Assembly: GCF_963921235.1 (NCBI RefSeq)
Contig: NC_086109.1
Location: forward strand, 95,356,001 to 95,420,000
Direction of reading: 5' to 3'
Length of the DNA stretch: 64,000 bases
Source: Mobula hypostoma
Lineage: Eukaryota
Both the position numbers and the translations under genes were made by a program. The notes under the pieces are model-generated. The model was not told the DNA's origin, ran no database searches, and saw only the letters and a program-made list of their open reading frames with translations. Below are positions 37,380 to 49,604 of this stretch, in pieces. Every line of letters starts with the position of its first letter. The first letter of the stretch is position 1.

Positions 37380-40130
37380 GGGCTCGTGCTGCGGCTATGC
37401 TAATCGTGGTTTTGCTTGAGCATCGCGGTAATGCAGTCGATGCGCCACGTTCTGCAGCACGAACCCGTGCCAGAAATGAAGCAACAAGATTGAGAGCAGA
37501 GGGTGCTAAGCACAAAGTTGAAATGCTAATGGTGGAGAAAGCTCGTGTAGAAGCTACATTAAGTGCGCTGCAGGAGGAGTGTGAAGCTGAGGCTGTCTTA
37601 GCAGAGGGAAAGGTGTATGAAGCAGCAGTGATGGTGTTCTTTCTAGGAAGGTGATTGAAGAACTGACCATTGGTGCGAGCCCTCTAATACAACATGGCTT
37701 TTCAACAGAGGATGAAATCAAAGCAGTAGACAAAGATAGGAATCACCTTCCTGTCATGCTTCACACCAGACATCCTCTGCTTCAGATTTAAACCCAAAGG
37801 AAGTTGAACCCTCATTTAATGTAGGAAGTGGGAAGTTGCAAAAGTCACCCAACTTAGAAACACATGAATGTTCGCCACTTAATAAGAGCCGATGAGGGCT
37901 GATCCATGCACCTAGTGCATCAGTGGCTCACCTTTCAACAGAACCAGCTGCACAGTCCTCACTCGCTGCACCAGGCTGGGGTGATGAATTACCATTGGAC
38001 AATAGATTGAGCAAAATGCTGAGTCTGGCCAGAGAAGATACAGCTGTAAATTCAGAGCCTGCACCTTGGGCTATTGGTTCCACCCAGCACACCCACGGCA
38101 GAGCACAGTGGGAGCCAGCTGATCGTCCATCAGGTGTAGCTACTTCCTCACACACTCTAAAGGCATGTTCTGGAACATCAGATGTTCTGGAAACAGAGCC
38201 GGTGGATTTGTCACGGAGTCAATAGGAGGAGAGGTCTGCGTACCCATGCCAACTCTCATTGGCTGTAACCATATTCCCAACAACAGGGATGAGATCTCAA
38301 CACCTGAAACTGCATGAGGTTGTTCACATCTTAAGGACATAACTGACATGATCCCCACACAGAACTCTTTTGCTGAGGTTCTCCTGTTGCTTGGCAGAGA
38401 TCCCATATATGCACATAAGGTGCATGAACAGCGCAATGGCCAGCACAGTGCACCTTATGCCCAACGACTGGACTTGAGTTGGGTCATAGTGGGTGAAGAC
38501 TGCCTCAATGGTATTCATCAGCCCACTGTCAGTGTATTAGTCATATTTTATTGATCCCAGGGGAAATTGGTTTTCGTTACAGTTGCACCATAAATAATTA
38601 AATAGTAATATGTAAATTATGCCAGGAAATGTCCAGGACCAGCCTATTGGCTCAGGGTGTCTGACCCTCCAAGGGAGGAGTTGTAAAGTTTGATGGCCAC
38701 AGGCAGGAATGACTTCCTATGACGCTCTGTGTTGCATCTCGGTGGAATGAGTCTCTGGCTGAATGTACTCCTGTGCCCACCCAGTACATTATGTAGTGGA
38801 TGGGAGACATTGTCCAAGATGGCCTGCAACTTAGACAGCATCCTCTCTTCAGACACCACCGTCAGAGAGTCCAGTTCCATCCCCACAACATCACTGGCCT
38901 TACGAATGAGTTTGTTGATTCTGTTGGTGTCTGCTACCCTCAGCCTGCTGCCCCAGCACACAACAGCAAACATGATCGCACTGCCCACCACAGACTCGTA
39001 GAACATCCTCAGCATCGTCCGGCAGATGTTAAAGGACCTCAGTCTCCTCAGGAAATAGAGACGGCTCTGACCCTTCTTGTATACAGCCTCAGTGTTCTTT
39101 GACCAGTCCAGTTTATTGTCAATTCGTATCCCCAGGTATTTGTAATCCTCCACCATGTCCACACTGACCCCCTGGATGGAAACGGGTCGCTGGTGCCTTA
39201 GTTCTCCTCAGGTCTACTGCTAGCTCCTTAGTCTTTTTCACATTAAGCTGCAGATAATTCTGCTCACACCATGTGACAAAGTTTCCTACCGTAGCCCTGT
39301 ACTCAGCCTCATCTCCCTTGCTGATGCATCCAACTATGGCAGAGTCATCAGAAAACTTCTGAAGATGACAAGGCTCTGTGCAGTAGTTGAAGTCCGAGGT
39401 GTAAATGGTGAAGAGAAAGGGAGACAAGACAGTCCCCTGTGGAGCCCCAGTGCTGCTGATCACTCTGTCGGACACAGACTGTTGCAAGCACACGTACTGT
39501 AGTCTGCCAGTCAGGTATTTAAGAATAGTGTCCTGAAGAATGGGCACCCAAATCATTTTAGACCTGAGAGCATTGTAGGAATAACCAAAGACTGCCTTCT
39601 GAGAGCAGTATCTACATGAAAGTGAAGATTGTAGGAGTAACCAAAGTGAAGATTGTGGGACTGGCCAAAGACTGCCTTTGCAGTGGATGGCACATTTGTA
39701 AGCAACCTCTCAGCGAGACCAACTGAATCAGGTAAAGATTAGAATCCTTCGTGGTGTTCAAAGACCGATGAAAGCAGAGGAAGTGCAGTGCATCACAAAG
39801 CAGGAACCTCTCCCAATCCAAAGCTACTTTAGTGAACTCTGCCTTTCTTGACTCTGACGGGCTACAGCTAGTTGGGGGATATATTAAGAGAGCACAACTC
39901 ACTCCAGAGGTACTCCACTCAGTCATTAATCTGTGTGAGCACCGTGTCACCGGTCGTCTCAATAGACACCACTGCGAGCAAGTATGTCATCAAGCTCAAC
40001 ATTTTCGCAGCGAGAAGGGTTAAAGACCGTGCAGTTAGATAGTTTCAAGACTAGTCTCTGAGACTGTCTTTGCTTTGCCAAAGGCACAATGAAATGATCA
40101 TTTGAGTTTTAGTTTCACTAGTTTAGTTAG
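37380..40130 (+). mobile_element. Decayed BEL/Pao LTR retrotransposon in SNAPC5 intron 1
   Basis: Gag-like EKARVEATLSALQEE, protease region IPNNRDEISTPE..LLLLGRD..PYAQRLDLSWVIVG, and pre-integrase FLDSDGLQLVGG..HHCEQVCHQ. Confidence 0.75.
38536..39526 (-). mobile_element. Young Rex1/Babar-type LINE nested in the BEL remnant
   Basis: ORFs 39119-39556 and 38644-39162 are near-identical to the 22.4-kb copy. AGTGT is duplicated at 38531-38535 and 39527-39531. Confidence 0.9.
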
Positions 40131-40409
40131 ACATCGTTGAAGTGAGGTGGGCAGAGTTTTGCCTCTAGGGGTGTTGCTCATTTTGTATAAACGTCACTTC
40201 CTGATCATAAGCACACACTCATGACTTGATTTCAACTTGAAGTACACACGGTAGAAAGTCATCCATTTTCATCCACTCTTGAATCAGCAATATCTTTTCA
40301 CAAAGTTTTCTCATTAAAAACTAAAGAAAGCTTTCAGTTCAAGTGATTTTTGAGAAGGTGTTTAACTCCCAGTGTAGCTTTGTACACACCACTCTGCAAG
40401 GGTAGTAGA

Positions 40410-40820
40410 GAGCTCTGGGCCTGTACTTACTGGAGTTTAGGAGAATCGGGGGGGATCTCATTGAAACCTATCAAATATTGAAAGGCCCAGTTCGAGTGGA
40501 TGTGGAGAGGATCTTTCCTATAGTGGGAAAGCCTAGGATAAGAGGGCACAGCTTCAGAATAAAAGCATGTCACTTTAGAACAGATGAGGAGGAATTTCTT
40601 GGTAACCAGAAGGTGGTGAATCTGTAGAATTCATTGCCTTGAAGGCCAAGTCATTGGGTATATTTCAAATGGAAGTTGATAGCTTCTTGGTTAGTCAGGG
40701 TGTCAAAGGTATCTGGGGAAAGCAGGAGAACGGGGTTGAGAGGGAAAATAAATGAGCCATGATGGAATAATGGAGCAGACTTGGTGGACCGAATGGCTAA
40801 TTTTGCTCCTATGCCTTTTA
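40410..40820 (+). mobile_element. CR1 LINE 3' end
   Basis: GGATCTCATTGAAACCTATC..GTGGATGTGGAGAGGAT..GAATGGCTAATTTTGCTCCTATG. Confidence 0.8.
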
Positions 40821-40852
40821 GCCTTGTTAATGTGAGTGTACTGTGACTACAG

Positions 40853-40948
40853 GTGGAAGAGTTGGCCTTGCGATCCATGATCACAACCAAAGAGCAAGGT
40901 GACACAGTTGACAATGACGGGAGTGGACAGGCACCTGAATCTCTAGAG
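40853..40948 (+). CDS. SNAPC5: SNAPC5 coding exon 2
   Basis: AG|VEELALRSMITTKEQGDTVDNDGSGQAPESLE|GTAAGA; 96 nt, phase 0-0. Confidence 0.93.
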
Positions 40949-41074
40949 GTAAGAAGTCAGCTTTGTGCTGTAAATATCTGACTGTTTAGTAATATCTGCA
41001 AGATGACATATCAGACAACTATAGAGATTGCCTCTTTTGATTCTGCTGTGCTTTCTGGTGCTTCTCTGTATCTG

Positions 41075-44030
41075 AATCACCACCCTCGGGCTAAAGAAAT
41101 TCCTCCTCATCTTTGTACTAAACAGACTTCCCTCTATTATGAGGCTGTGCCCTCTGATCCTAGACTCGCCCACTACAGGAAACATCCTTTCCACATCCAC
41201 TCTATCTTGGCCTTTCAATATTTGATAGGTTTCAGTGAGATTCTTCTAAACTCCAGAGCCATCAAATGCTCCTCCTACACTAAACCTTTCATTCCCGGGA
41301 TCACTCTTGCAGACTTCCTCTGGACCCACTCCAATGCCAGCACAGTTTTTCTTGGGTGAGGGCCCCAAACCTGTTCACAGTACTCCAAATGAGGTCTGAC
41401 CAATGCCTTATCAAGCCTCAGCATCACATGCTTGCTCTTGTATTCTGGTCCTCTCAAAATTAATGCTAACATTGTAGTCGCCTTCCTTACCACTGACTCA
41501 ACCTGCAAGTTAACCTTGAAGGAATCCTGCACAAGGACTCTCAAGTCCTTTTGCACATCTGATTTTTGAATTTTCTCCACGTTTAGAAAATACAGTGCCT
41601 ATAAAAAGTATTCACCCACCTTGGAAGTTTTCATGTTTTACTTGTTTTACTACATTGAATCACAGTGGATTTAGATTGGCTTTTTTGCCACTGATCAACA
41701 GAAAAAGACTTTTATGTCAAAGTGAAAACTGATCTCTGCAAAGTGACCTGAATTAATTACAAATATAAAACACAAAATAATTGATTGGATAAGTATTCAC
41801 CCCCTTCAAGTTAGTATTTAGTAGATGCGCCCTTGGTAGTAACTACAGCCTTAAGTCTGTGTGGGTAGGTCTCTATCAGCTTTGCACTTCTGGACACTGC
41901 AGTTTTTCCCCATTCTTCTTTGCAAAATTCCTCAAGCTGTCAGATTGCATGGGGGATTGTGAGTGAACAGCCCTTTTCAAGTCCAGCCACAAATTCTTAA
42001 TTGGATTGAGGACTTGGCCACTCCAGGACACTAACTTTGATGTTTTTAAGCCAGTCCTGTGTAGCTTTGGCTTTATGCTTAGGGTCACTGTCTTGCTGGA
42101 AAACAAATCTTTTCCCAAGTTGCAGTTCTCTTGCAGACTGCATCAGGTTTTCCTTCAGGATTTCCCTGTATTTTGCTGCATTCATTTTACCTTCTACCTT
42201 CACAAGCCTTCCAAACCTGCTGCAGTGAAGCATCCCCACAGCATAATGCAGCCACCACCATGCTTCACAGTAGGGATGGTGTGTTTTTGATGATGTGCAG
42301 TACACCAAACATAGCATTTAGTCTGACAGCCAAAAAGCTCAGTTTTGATTTCATCAGACCATAGAATATTTTTCCAGCTGACTTCAGAATCTCCCACATA
42401 CCTTCCAGTAAACTTTAACCGAGATTTCATGTGAGGGTTTTTTCCCAACTGACTTTCTCTTCGCCACTTTTCCATAAAGCTGTGACTGGTGAAGCACCAG
42501 GTGCAGTCTCTCCCATCTCAGCCACTGAAGCTCGTAACTCCTCCAGAATTGTCATAGGTCTCTTGATGGCCTCCCTCACTAGTCCCCTTCTTCCCTTCTT
42601 GCAGGCCACTCAGTTTTTGAGGATGGTGTGCTCTAGGCAGATTTATAGCTGTGCCATATTCTTTCCATTTCTTCATGATTATCCAAGGGATATTCAGTGA
42701 CTTGGAAATGTTCTTGTATCCATCTCTTGACTTGCGCTTTTCAATAACCTTTTCGTCGAGTTGCTTGGAGTCTTCTTTTGATTTAATGGTGTAATTTTTG
42801 CCAGGATACTGACTCACCAACAGCTGGACCTTCCAGATACAGGTGTATTTTTACTACAGTCAAATGATACACTTTGACTTTCTGTTTTGAGATGTGGAGG
42901 TGATCGCCATTCAACTAATTATGTGATTTATAAAACCATTTGCTGCACTAGTGATGATTTGGTGTGTCATATTAAAGGGGTGGATATTTATGCGATCAGT
43001 TATTTTGTGTTTTATATTTGTAAGTGATTTAGATCACTTTGTAGAGATACGTTCGCACTTTGATACGAAAGAGTCTGTTTCTGTTGATCAGTGTCAAAAA
43101 AGCCAAATTAAATCCACTATGATTCAATGTTGTAAAACAATAAAATATGAAAACTTCCCAGGGGGGTGAATACAATCACTGTCGTCTACACCTTTATTCC
43201 TTCTATCAAAGTGTATGACTTTACATTTCCCTACACTATATCCATCTTCCAATTTTTTGCCCATTCTCCCAATCTGTCTTGTGTCCTTCTGAATACTCCT
43301 TGCTTCCTCAATGTGACCTGCCCCTCCACCTATCTTTATATCGTCAGCAAACTTGGCTACAAAGCCATAAATTTCATCATCCAAATCATTGACATATAAT
43401 GTAGAAAGAAGCGCTCCAATACCGACCCTTGTGTTACACCACTAATCACTGGCAGCCAACCAGAATAGACCCCCTTCATTCCTATTCTTTGACCCCTGCC
43501 AGTCAGCCAAACTTCTGTCCATGCTAGTCGTATATTACCATAGGCTCTTGCTAAGCAGTCTCACGTGTTGCATCTTGTCAAAATCCTTCTGAAAATCCAA
43601 GTAAACAACATCCACTGACTCTCCTTTGTCTATCATGCCTGTTATTTCCTCAAAGAATTCCAACAGATTTGTTAGGCAAGATTTCCCCTTAAGGAGCCAT
43701 GCTGACTTTGGCCTGTTTTATCATGCACCTTCAAGAGCCCCCAAAGCTTTTAAATAATGGACTCCAACATCTTACCAACCACTGAAGACCGGCTAACTGA
43801 CCTATAATTTCCTTTCTTCTGCCTCCCTCCCTTCTTAAAGAGTGGAGTGACATTTGCAATTTTCCAGTCCCACAGAACCATTCCAAGATTTAGTCATTCT
43901 TGAAGGATCATTACTAATGCCTCCACAATCTCTTCAGCTACCTCTTTCAGAACCCTGGGGTCTACACCATCTGGTCCAGGTGACTTCAGACCCTTCAGCT
44001 TCCCAAGTACCTTCTTAGTAATAGCAACTA
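41075..44030 (-). mobile_element. CR1 LINE interrupted by a Tc1 element
   Basis: KSPGPDGVDPRVLKEVAEEIVEAL, AKFADDIK and LVRPHLEYCEQVW motifs. The sequence is continuous across the Tc1 insertion. Confidence 0.85.
41593..43181 (-). mobile_element. Tc1 DNA transposon with long (IR/DR-type) TIRs and a frameshifted DD34E-type transposase
   Basis: TA|CAGTGCCTATAAAAAGTATTCACCC terminus, with ~200-bp inverted repeats. Motifs include [33 protein letters not shown] and LNPIKNLW. Confidence 0.92.
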
Positions 44031-44454
44031 CACTTGCTTCTGCCCCCAGACACTCTTGCTGGGGTCCTACCAGTGTGTAGTACCCCAGCAATTGCCACCT
44101 GCCAAAAAGTTCCAAAAGGCCCTGAGCTCTCTTTAAATCTTACGCAGCCTCACCAACAACAACCTGTCGCGATGAGCAAATTTGGCCAGTCAGCCCATCA
44201 AGTCTGCTCTGCTATCAATCATGGCTGTTTATTTTTCAAACCCTATTCATCATGTAAGCCTTCTCCATGTAATTCTTAACCCTCTTACTAATAATATTTT
44301 CCTTGCTATTTGATGAAGCTTGCTGCGCACAAATTGGCAGCTTAACATTCCAGCACTTCAAAATTAATTTACTGTAGAGGACTTTGGGATGTTATGATGT
44401 TGTAAAAGTCTGAATAGAAAAGAAAGTTCCCTCTCCCTTCCTCAAGCTGGTGTA

Positions 44455-47330
44455 GTCATAGAAGTTGTAGAAAAGTACAGCACAGAAACAGGCCCTTTGG
44501 CCTATCTAGTTCACGCCGAACCATTTAAACTGCCTACTCCCATCGACCTGCACTGAGACCATGGCCCGCCATACACCTAACATTCATGTACCTATCCAAA
44601 CTTCTCTTCAACGTCGAAATCGAGGTCCCATGCACCACCTGTGCTGGCACCTCGTTCCACACTCTCATGACCCACTGAGTGAAGAAGTCTGTCTTCATGT
44701 TCCCCTTAAACTTTTCACCTTTCATCCTTAACCTATGACCTCTGGTTGTAGTCCCACCCAACCTCAGTGGGAAAAGCCTGCTTGTATTTACCCTATCTAT
44801 ACCCTTCATACCTCAATCAAATCTCCTCTCAATCTTCTACTTTCTGAGAAATAAGCTCCTAACCTATTCAATTTTTCCTTATAACTCAGGTCCTCCAGAC
44901 CCAGCAATATCCTTGTAAATGTTCTCTGTACTCTTTCAACCTTGTTTACATATTTCCTGTAGGTAGGTGACCAAAACTACACACAATACTCCAAATTAGG
45001 CCTCACCAATGTGTTTTACAACTTCAACATAACATTCCATCTTATGAAGGCAAATGTGTCAAAAGCTTTCTTTACAACCCTATCTACCTGTGACACCACT
45101 TTCCATGAATTATGGGCCTGTGTTTCCAGATCCCTATGTTCTGCTGTACTCCTCAGTGCCCTGCTGTTCACTGTGTATGACCTACCTTGCTTGGTCCTCC
45201 CAAAGTGCAATATCTCAAACTTGTCTGCATTAAATTCCATCGGCCATTTTTCAGACCATTTTTCCAGCTGGTCCAGACCCTACTGCCCAGGACAGCCTTC
45301 CTCACTGTCCACTCCACCCCCCAGTCTTGATGTCATCTACAAATTTGCGGATCCAGTTTGCCACATTATCATCCAGATCAGTGGTATTGATGAGCAACAG
45401 CAAAGGAGCCAGCACCTATCCTGCGGCACGCTGTTAGTCACAGGCCTCCAATCAGAGGGGCAACTATCCACTACCACTCTCTGGCTTCTCTCACAAGGTC
45501 AATGTCTCATCCAGTTTACTACCTCATAGAACATAGAATAGTACAGCACATTACAGGCCTTTCGGCCCACAATGTTGTGCCGACCCTCAAACCCTGCCTC
45601 CCATTTAACCCCCCACCTTAAATTCCTCCATATACCTGTCTAGTAGTCTCTTAAACTTCACTAGTGTATCTGCCTCCACCACTGACTCAGGCAGTGCATT
45701 CCACGCACCAACCATTCTCTGAGTAAAAAACCTTCCTCTAATATCCCCCTTGAACTTCCCACCCCTTACCTTAAAGCCATGTCCTCTTGTATTGAGCAGT
45801 GGTGCCCTGGGGAAGAGGCGCTGGCTGTCCACTCTATCTATTCCTCTTATTATCTTGTACACCTCTATCATGTCTGTTCTCATCCTCCTTCTCTCCAGAG
45901 AGTAAAGCCCTAGCTCCCTTAGTCTCTGATCATGATGCGTACTCTCCAAACCAGGCAGCATCCTGGTAAGTCTCCTCTGTACCCTTTCCAATGCTTCCAC
46001 ATCCTTCCTATAGTGAGGCGACCAGAACTGGAAGGTTCATCTTGGAACGACTGAACCTTCTTGACCAACCTCCTATGCGGAACCTTGTCAAATGTCTTGC
46101 TAAAGTCCATGTAGCCCAATATCCACAACCTTGCCTTCATCTACTTTCTTGGTAAATTCCTTGGAAAAATATATAAAAATGGTTAGATATGACCTATCAC
46201 ACATGAAGTTATGCTGACTGTCCTTAATCAGTCCATGTCTAACCAAACCTTAGAATACCTTCCAATAACTATCCCACTTCTACATCACCACCCTATAATT
46301 TCCAGATTTATGTTTAGAGCCTTTCTTAAACAGTGGAACAACATTAGCTATCCTCCATTCCTCCAGTTCAGGTCACCTGTCACTGAGGATGATCTAAACA
46401 TCTCTGCAAGGGCCTGGCAATTTCTGCACTTCCCTCCCGCAGGGTCTGAGGAAACACTTTGTCTGGCCCCGGGGATTTATCCACCCTAATTTGCCTCAGG
46501 ATAGCAAACGCAGCCTCCTCTGTACTCTATGTTGGGACCATGGCCTCGCTGCTGCTCTGAGTCACTTCCATAGACTCTGTGTCTGTCTCCTGAGAAAATA
46601 CGGATACAAAAAATGTATTTAAGATCTCCCCCATGTCTTTTGACTCCACACATGGTTTACCATCCTGAACTTCCAGAGGACTATTTTTTGCTCTTACAAA
46701 CTTTTTGTTCTTAACATACAGTATCTGCAGAATCACTTGGGGTTCTCATTCACTTTGTCTGCTAGGGCAACTTCATGCCTTCTTTTAGCCTTCTTGATTT
46801 CTTAAGTGTTCTCTTGCATTTCTTATACTCCATAAGGACCTCATTTGTCCTACCTGCCTCTACTGTACCTGCTATGCACCTCTTTTTTTTCTTAACCAGA
46901 GCCTCAATATCTCTTGAAAACCAAGGTTCCCTTCACTGTTACCTTTACATTTCATTCTGACAGGCACATACATGTATTGTCTCATTACATCCCAACTCTC
47001 ATACTCAGTTCTCTGACCAATGAAGCCAAGTATTATATACATTTTCTTCACTATCCTGTCTACCTGATTCACTGCTTTCCAGGAGCTATGTTCTAGTGTC
47101 CCCAGGCCTCTCTGTTCTATCAAGGCCCCACTATTTACTGTGTAAACCTGCCCTGGTTGAACTCACCAAAATGTAATATCTCACACTGTCCAAAATAAAT
47201 TCCACCTGCCATTCCTTGGCTCACTTCCCCAGGTCATCTAGATCTGATTGTAATCTTCGATAAACTTCTTCCCTGTCCACTACACCACCAGTTTTTGTAT
47301 TGGCTCCAAACTTGCTGACCACGTTAACAA
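44455..47330 (-). mobile_element. Nested CR1 LINE cluster (younger copy ~45525-46030 inside an older copy)
   Basis: ALERVQRRLTRMLPG..TRGHGFKVRGGKFKGDIRGRFFTQR, MDFSKTFDKVPH and EILNTFFVSVF. Confidence 0.8.
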
Positions 47331-47359
47331 ATTGTTAACATAGTCAACAAACAATAGTG

Positions 47360-48030
47360 TGACCTCATTGAAACCTCTGAATGATGAAAGACCTTGAAAG
47401 AGTGGATGTGGAGGGGATGTTTCCTGTGGAGGGAGAATCTAAGACTAGAGGACACAGCGTCAGAATAGAGGGGCATCCTTTTAAAACAACGATGAGAAGA
47501 ATCTCTTTAGCTGAAGGGTGTGAATCTGTGGAACTCTTTGCCACAGGCAGCTGTGGAGGCCAAATCTTTATGTATATTTAAGGCAGAGGTTAATAGATTC
47601 TTGATTAGTCAGGACATGAAGGGGTACAGGGAGAAGGCAGGAGATTGGGGCTGAGAGGGAAATTGCGTCAGCCTTGATGAAATAGCAGAACAGACTAGAT
47701 GGGCCAAATGGCCTAATTCTGCTCCTGTATCTTATGATCTTCTATACATTATATATGTATATATAGTTAAATGACAATAAACTTGACTTGAATGTGCTGA
47801 ATGTGCTTGCAAGTGTCACCATACTTCTAGTGCCAACCTAGCATGTCCACAACTCAATAACCCTGACACCTGTAGAAGGTGGGAGGAAAGTGGAGGACCT
47901 GGAGGAAACCCATGCAGTCACAAGAACGTACAGACTCCTTACAGGCAGCATCAGGAATTGAACCCTGATCGTTGGCGCTGTAAAGCTAACTGCTATCTAT
48001 CACTGGCACTGTAAAGCTACCGTGCCACCA
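47360..48030. mobile_element. CR1 3' end (+, ~47360-47740) followed by a V-SINE (-, ~47760-48030)
   Basis: ERVDVEGMFPVEGESKTRGH, then GTGGGAGGAAAGTGGAGGACCTGGAGGAAACCCA and GGAATTGAACCC. Confidence 0.75.
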
Positions 48031-48221
48031 AGGTTTGAAGTCATTGATAAGAACAGGGAATGGAGCAAAGCGTTTAATTCAATGCAGAAACACATTTTGA
48101 ATCAGCATGGTAATTTTCATCGTGTGTGTGGTGTAAACAGAATTTGAGATTGATATGGCGTTAGATTAATGTGTCTATTGAATAATTATCTTCTTCCATT
48201 AATAAACATTTCCTTCTACAG

Positions 48222-48347
48222 TCTTTGATGCAGGTAGACAATGAATGTGCCATCAATCAAACCCAGCTTCAGCTGAGCACATCCCAGTTCGTTACTCATG
48301 TAAGACAGGAGGAGGAGGAGGAGGAGGAGGAAGAGGAATACAATTAA
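48222..48347 (+). CDS. SNAPC5: SNAPC5 coding exon 3
   Basis: TTCCTTCTACAG|SLMQVDNECAINQTQLQLSTSQFVTHVRQ(E)10YN-TAA. It has the conserved VDNE..INQT.L.LST motif and an acidic tail; total protein 103 aa. Confidence 0.93.
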   Translation, partial: SLMQVDNECAINQTQLQLSTSQFVTHVRQEEEEEEEEEEYN

Positions 48348-49494
48348 ATGAAATTTTGCGGCAAGACTAACAGTGCACAGGTGTTTGCAATAATTTTTTT
48401 CAAGCCGAAGATGAAGATGATGGTAGGACAGATATCAGGCTATGCGTGATGCAGTCTGTAACTTCTGAAACATTATGTGGAATTTGAATCTAGAAGGTGG
48501 TCTTCATTGCTGCACCTCCTGGATGGAAACTGAGAAGGAAAGGCTGCAGAGGCGGTGGAAATGAGTGACCTGCATAGAAATGTGTTATTGACACAAAGCT
48601 GACAAGTCACTGGGACTTGAAAAAATGAAATCAGATGTGCAAGAATACACGAGAAGTAGGAGGATGTGAAGTTTCATGATTCTGATGTTTATTGGAAGGT
48701 TGCTGGGGTCTTAGAACAATATTGCTGGATATCTGAATTATAGTCATACACTGCAGACATCTTTTATTGATTCATTGCATCACGTAGGGATCTCTGATGG
48801 TAACTAACTATTAAAGCAGTATTTTAAAATAAAGGTCTGTGGAAAAAGTACTGAAATATTGTTGGCCTCAACTAGATAATACCCCACTCCTAAATATGGC
48901 AAAGAAGGATGAGATGTTTGTTTCCAAGAGTGAGGTCAAGTTGTGGTCCACCCCAAGAAGAAGGAGGTGCTCTCATGGATTGATGTTTTATGGGGTATTG
49001 AATGATTTTTGTACTGCTGCATGTTAGCCTATGAATTGTTATCTATAGAACCATTACTCCCACTCCTTACTCAGCCATCTCTAGACTCCTGTAAGTGTCC
49101 TCCCAGGTAGCATGATTGGAACTCTGTAAAATTGCTCTTGCATTTTGGGTGGTGTGAACCACTGAATTACCTTGCAGACAAGTTCATCTTGTGTTCTGGT
49201 TTATCATGTGGAGCCTCGCCTCCCTCTAATCGCCTGCTGTGCTGACTCTGGTCACGGAATGGCAGGCCACAGATTTGTAAGATTTGCCCAGTGCTTTCAA
49301 TCATTACCTGGTGTTTATCCACATCACTGTTTTATCGTGGAACAGCGTGCCAGTGAACTGTGAACCAGTGGGTGTTCTATGGCTACACACACTGGCACTT
49401 TAGTGATGACAGTTCAAATGGTAAAGTGTAATTGGGGCCATGGTATGAGGAGGGGGCTTTGTAGATGTAACGGCTACTATTTTCAAATTACAAA

Positions 49495-49604
49495 CACAAA
49501 ATAATCTGCAGATGCTGGGGTCAAAGCAACACTCACAACACGCTGGAGGAACTCAGCAGGCCGGGCAGCATCCATGGAAAAGATCAGCGTGTTGTGAGTG
49601 TTTC
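49495..49604. mobile_element. Fold-back Penelope-repeat mini-element with 16-bp TSD
   Basis: An 18-bp perfect inverted repeat at 49528-49545 / 49585-49602. The TSD is ATTTTCAA(A/G)TTACAAA at 49479-49494 / 49605-49620. Confidence 0.8.

Noticed and set aside
37170-37654. ORFs 37170-37403 and 37373-37654 as a longer SNAPC5 or a new gene
   Set aside because: SNAPC5 similarity starts at the ATG at 37182 and ends at the donor at 37272. The second ORF is BEL/Pao gag-like.
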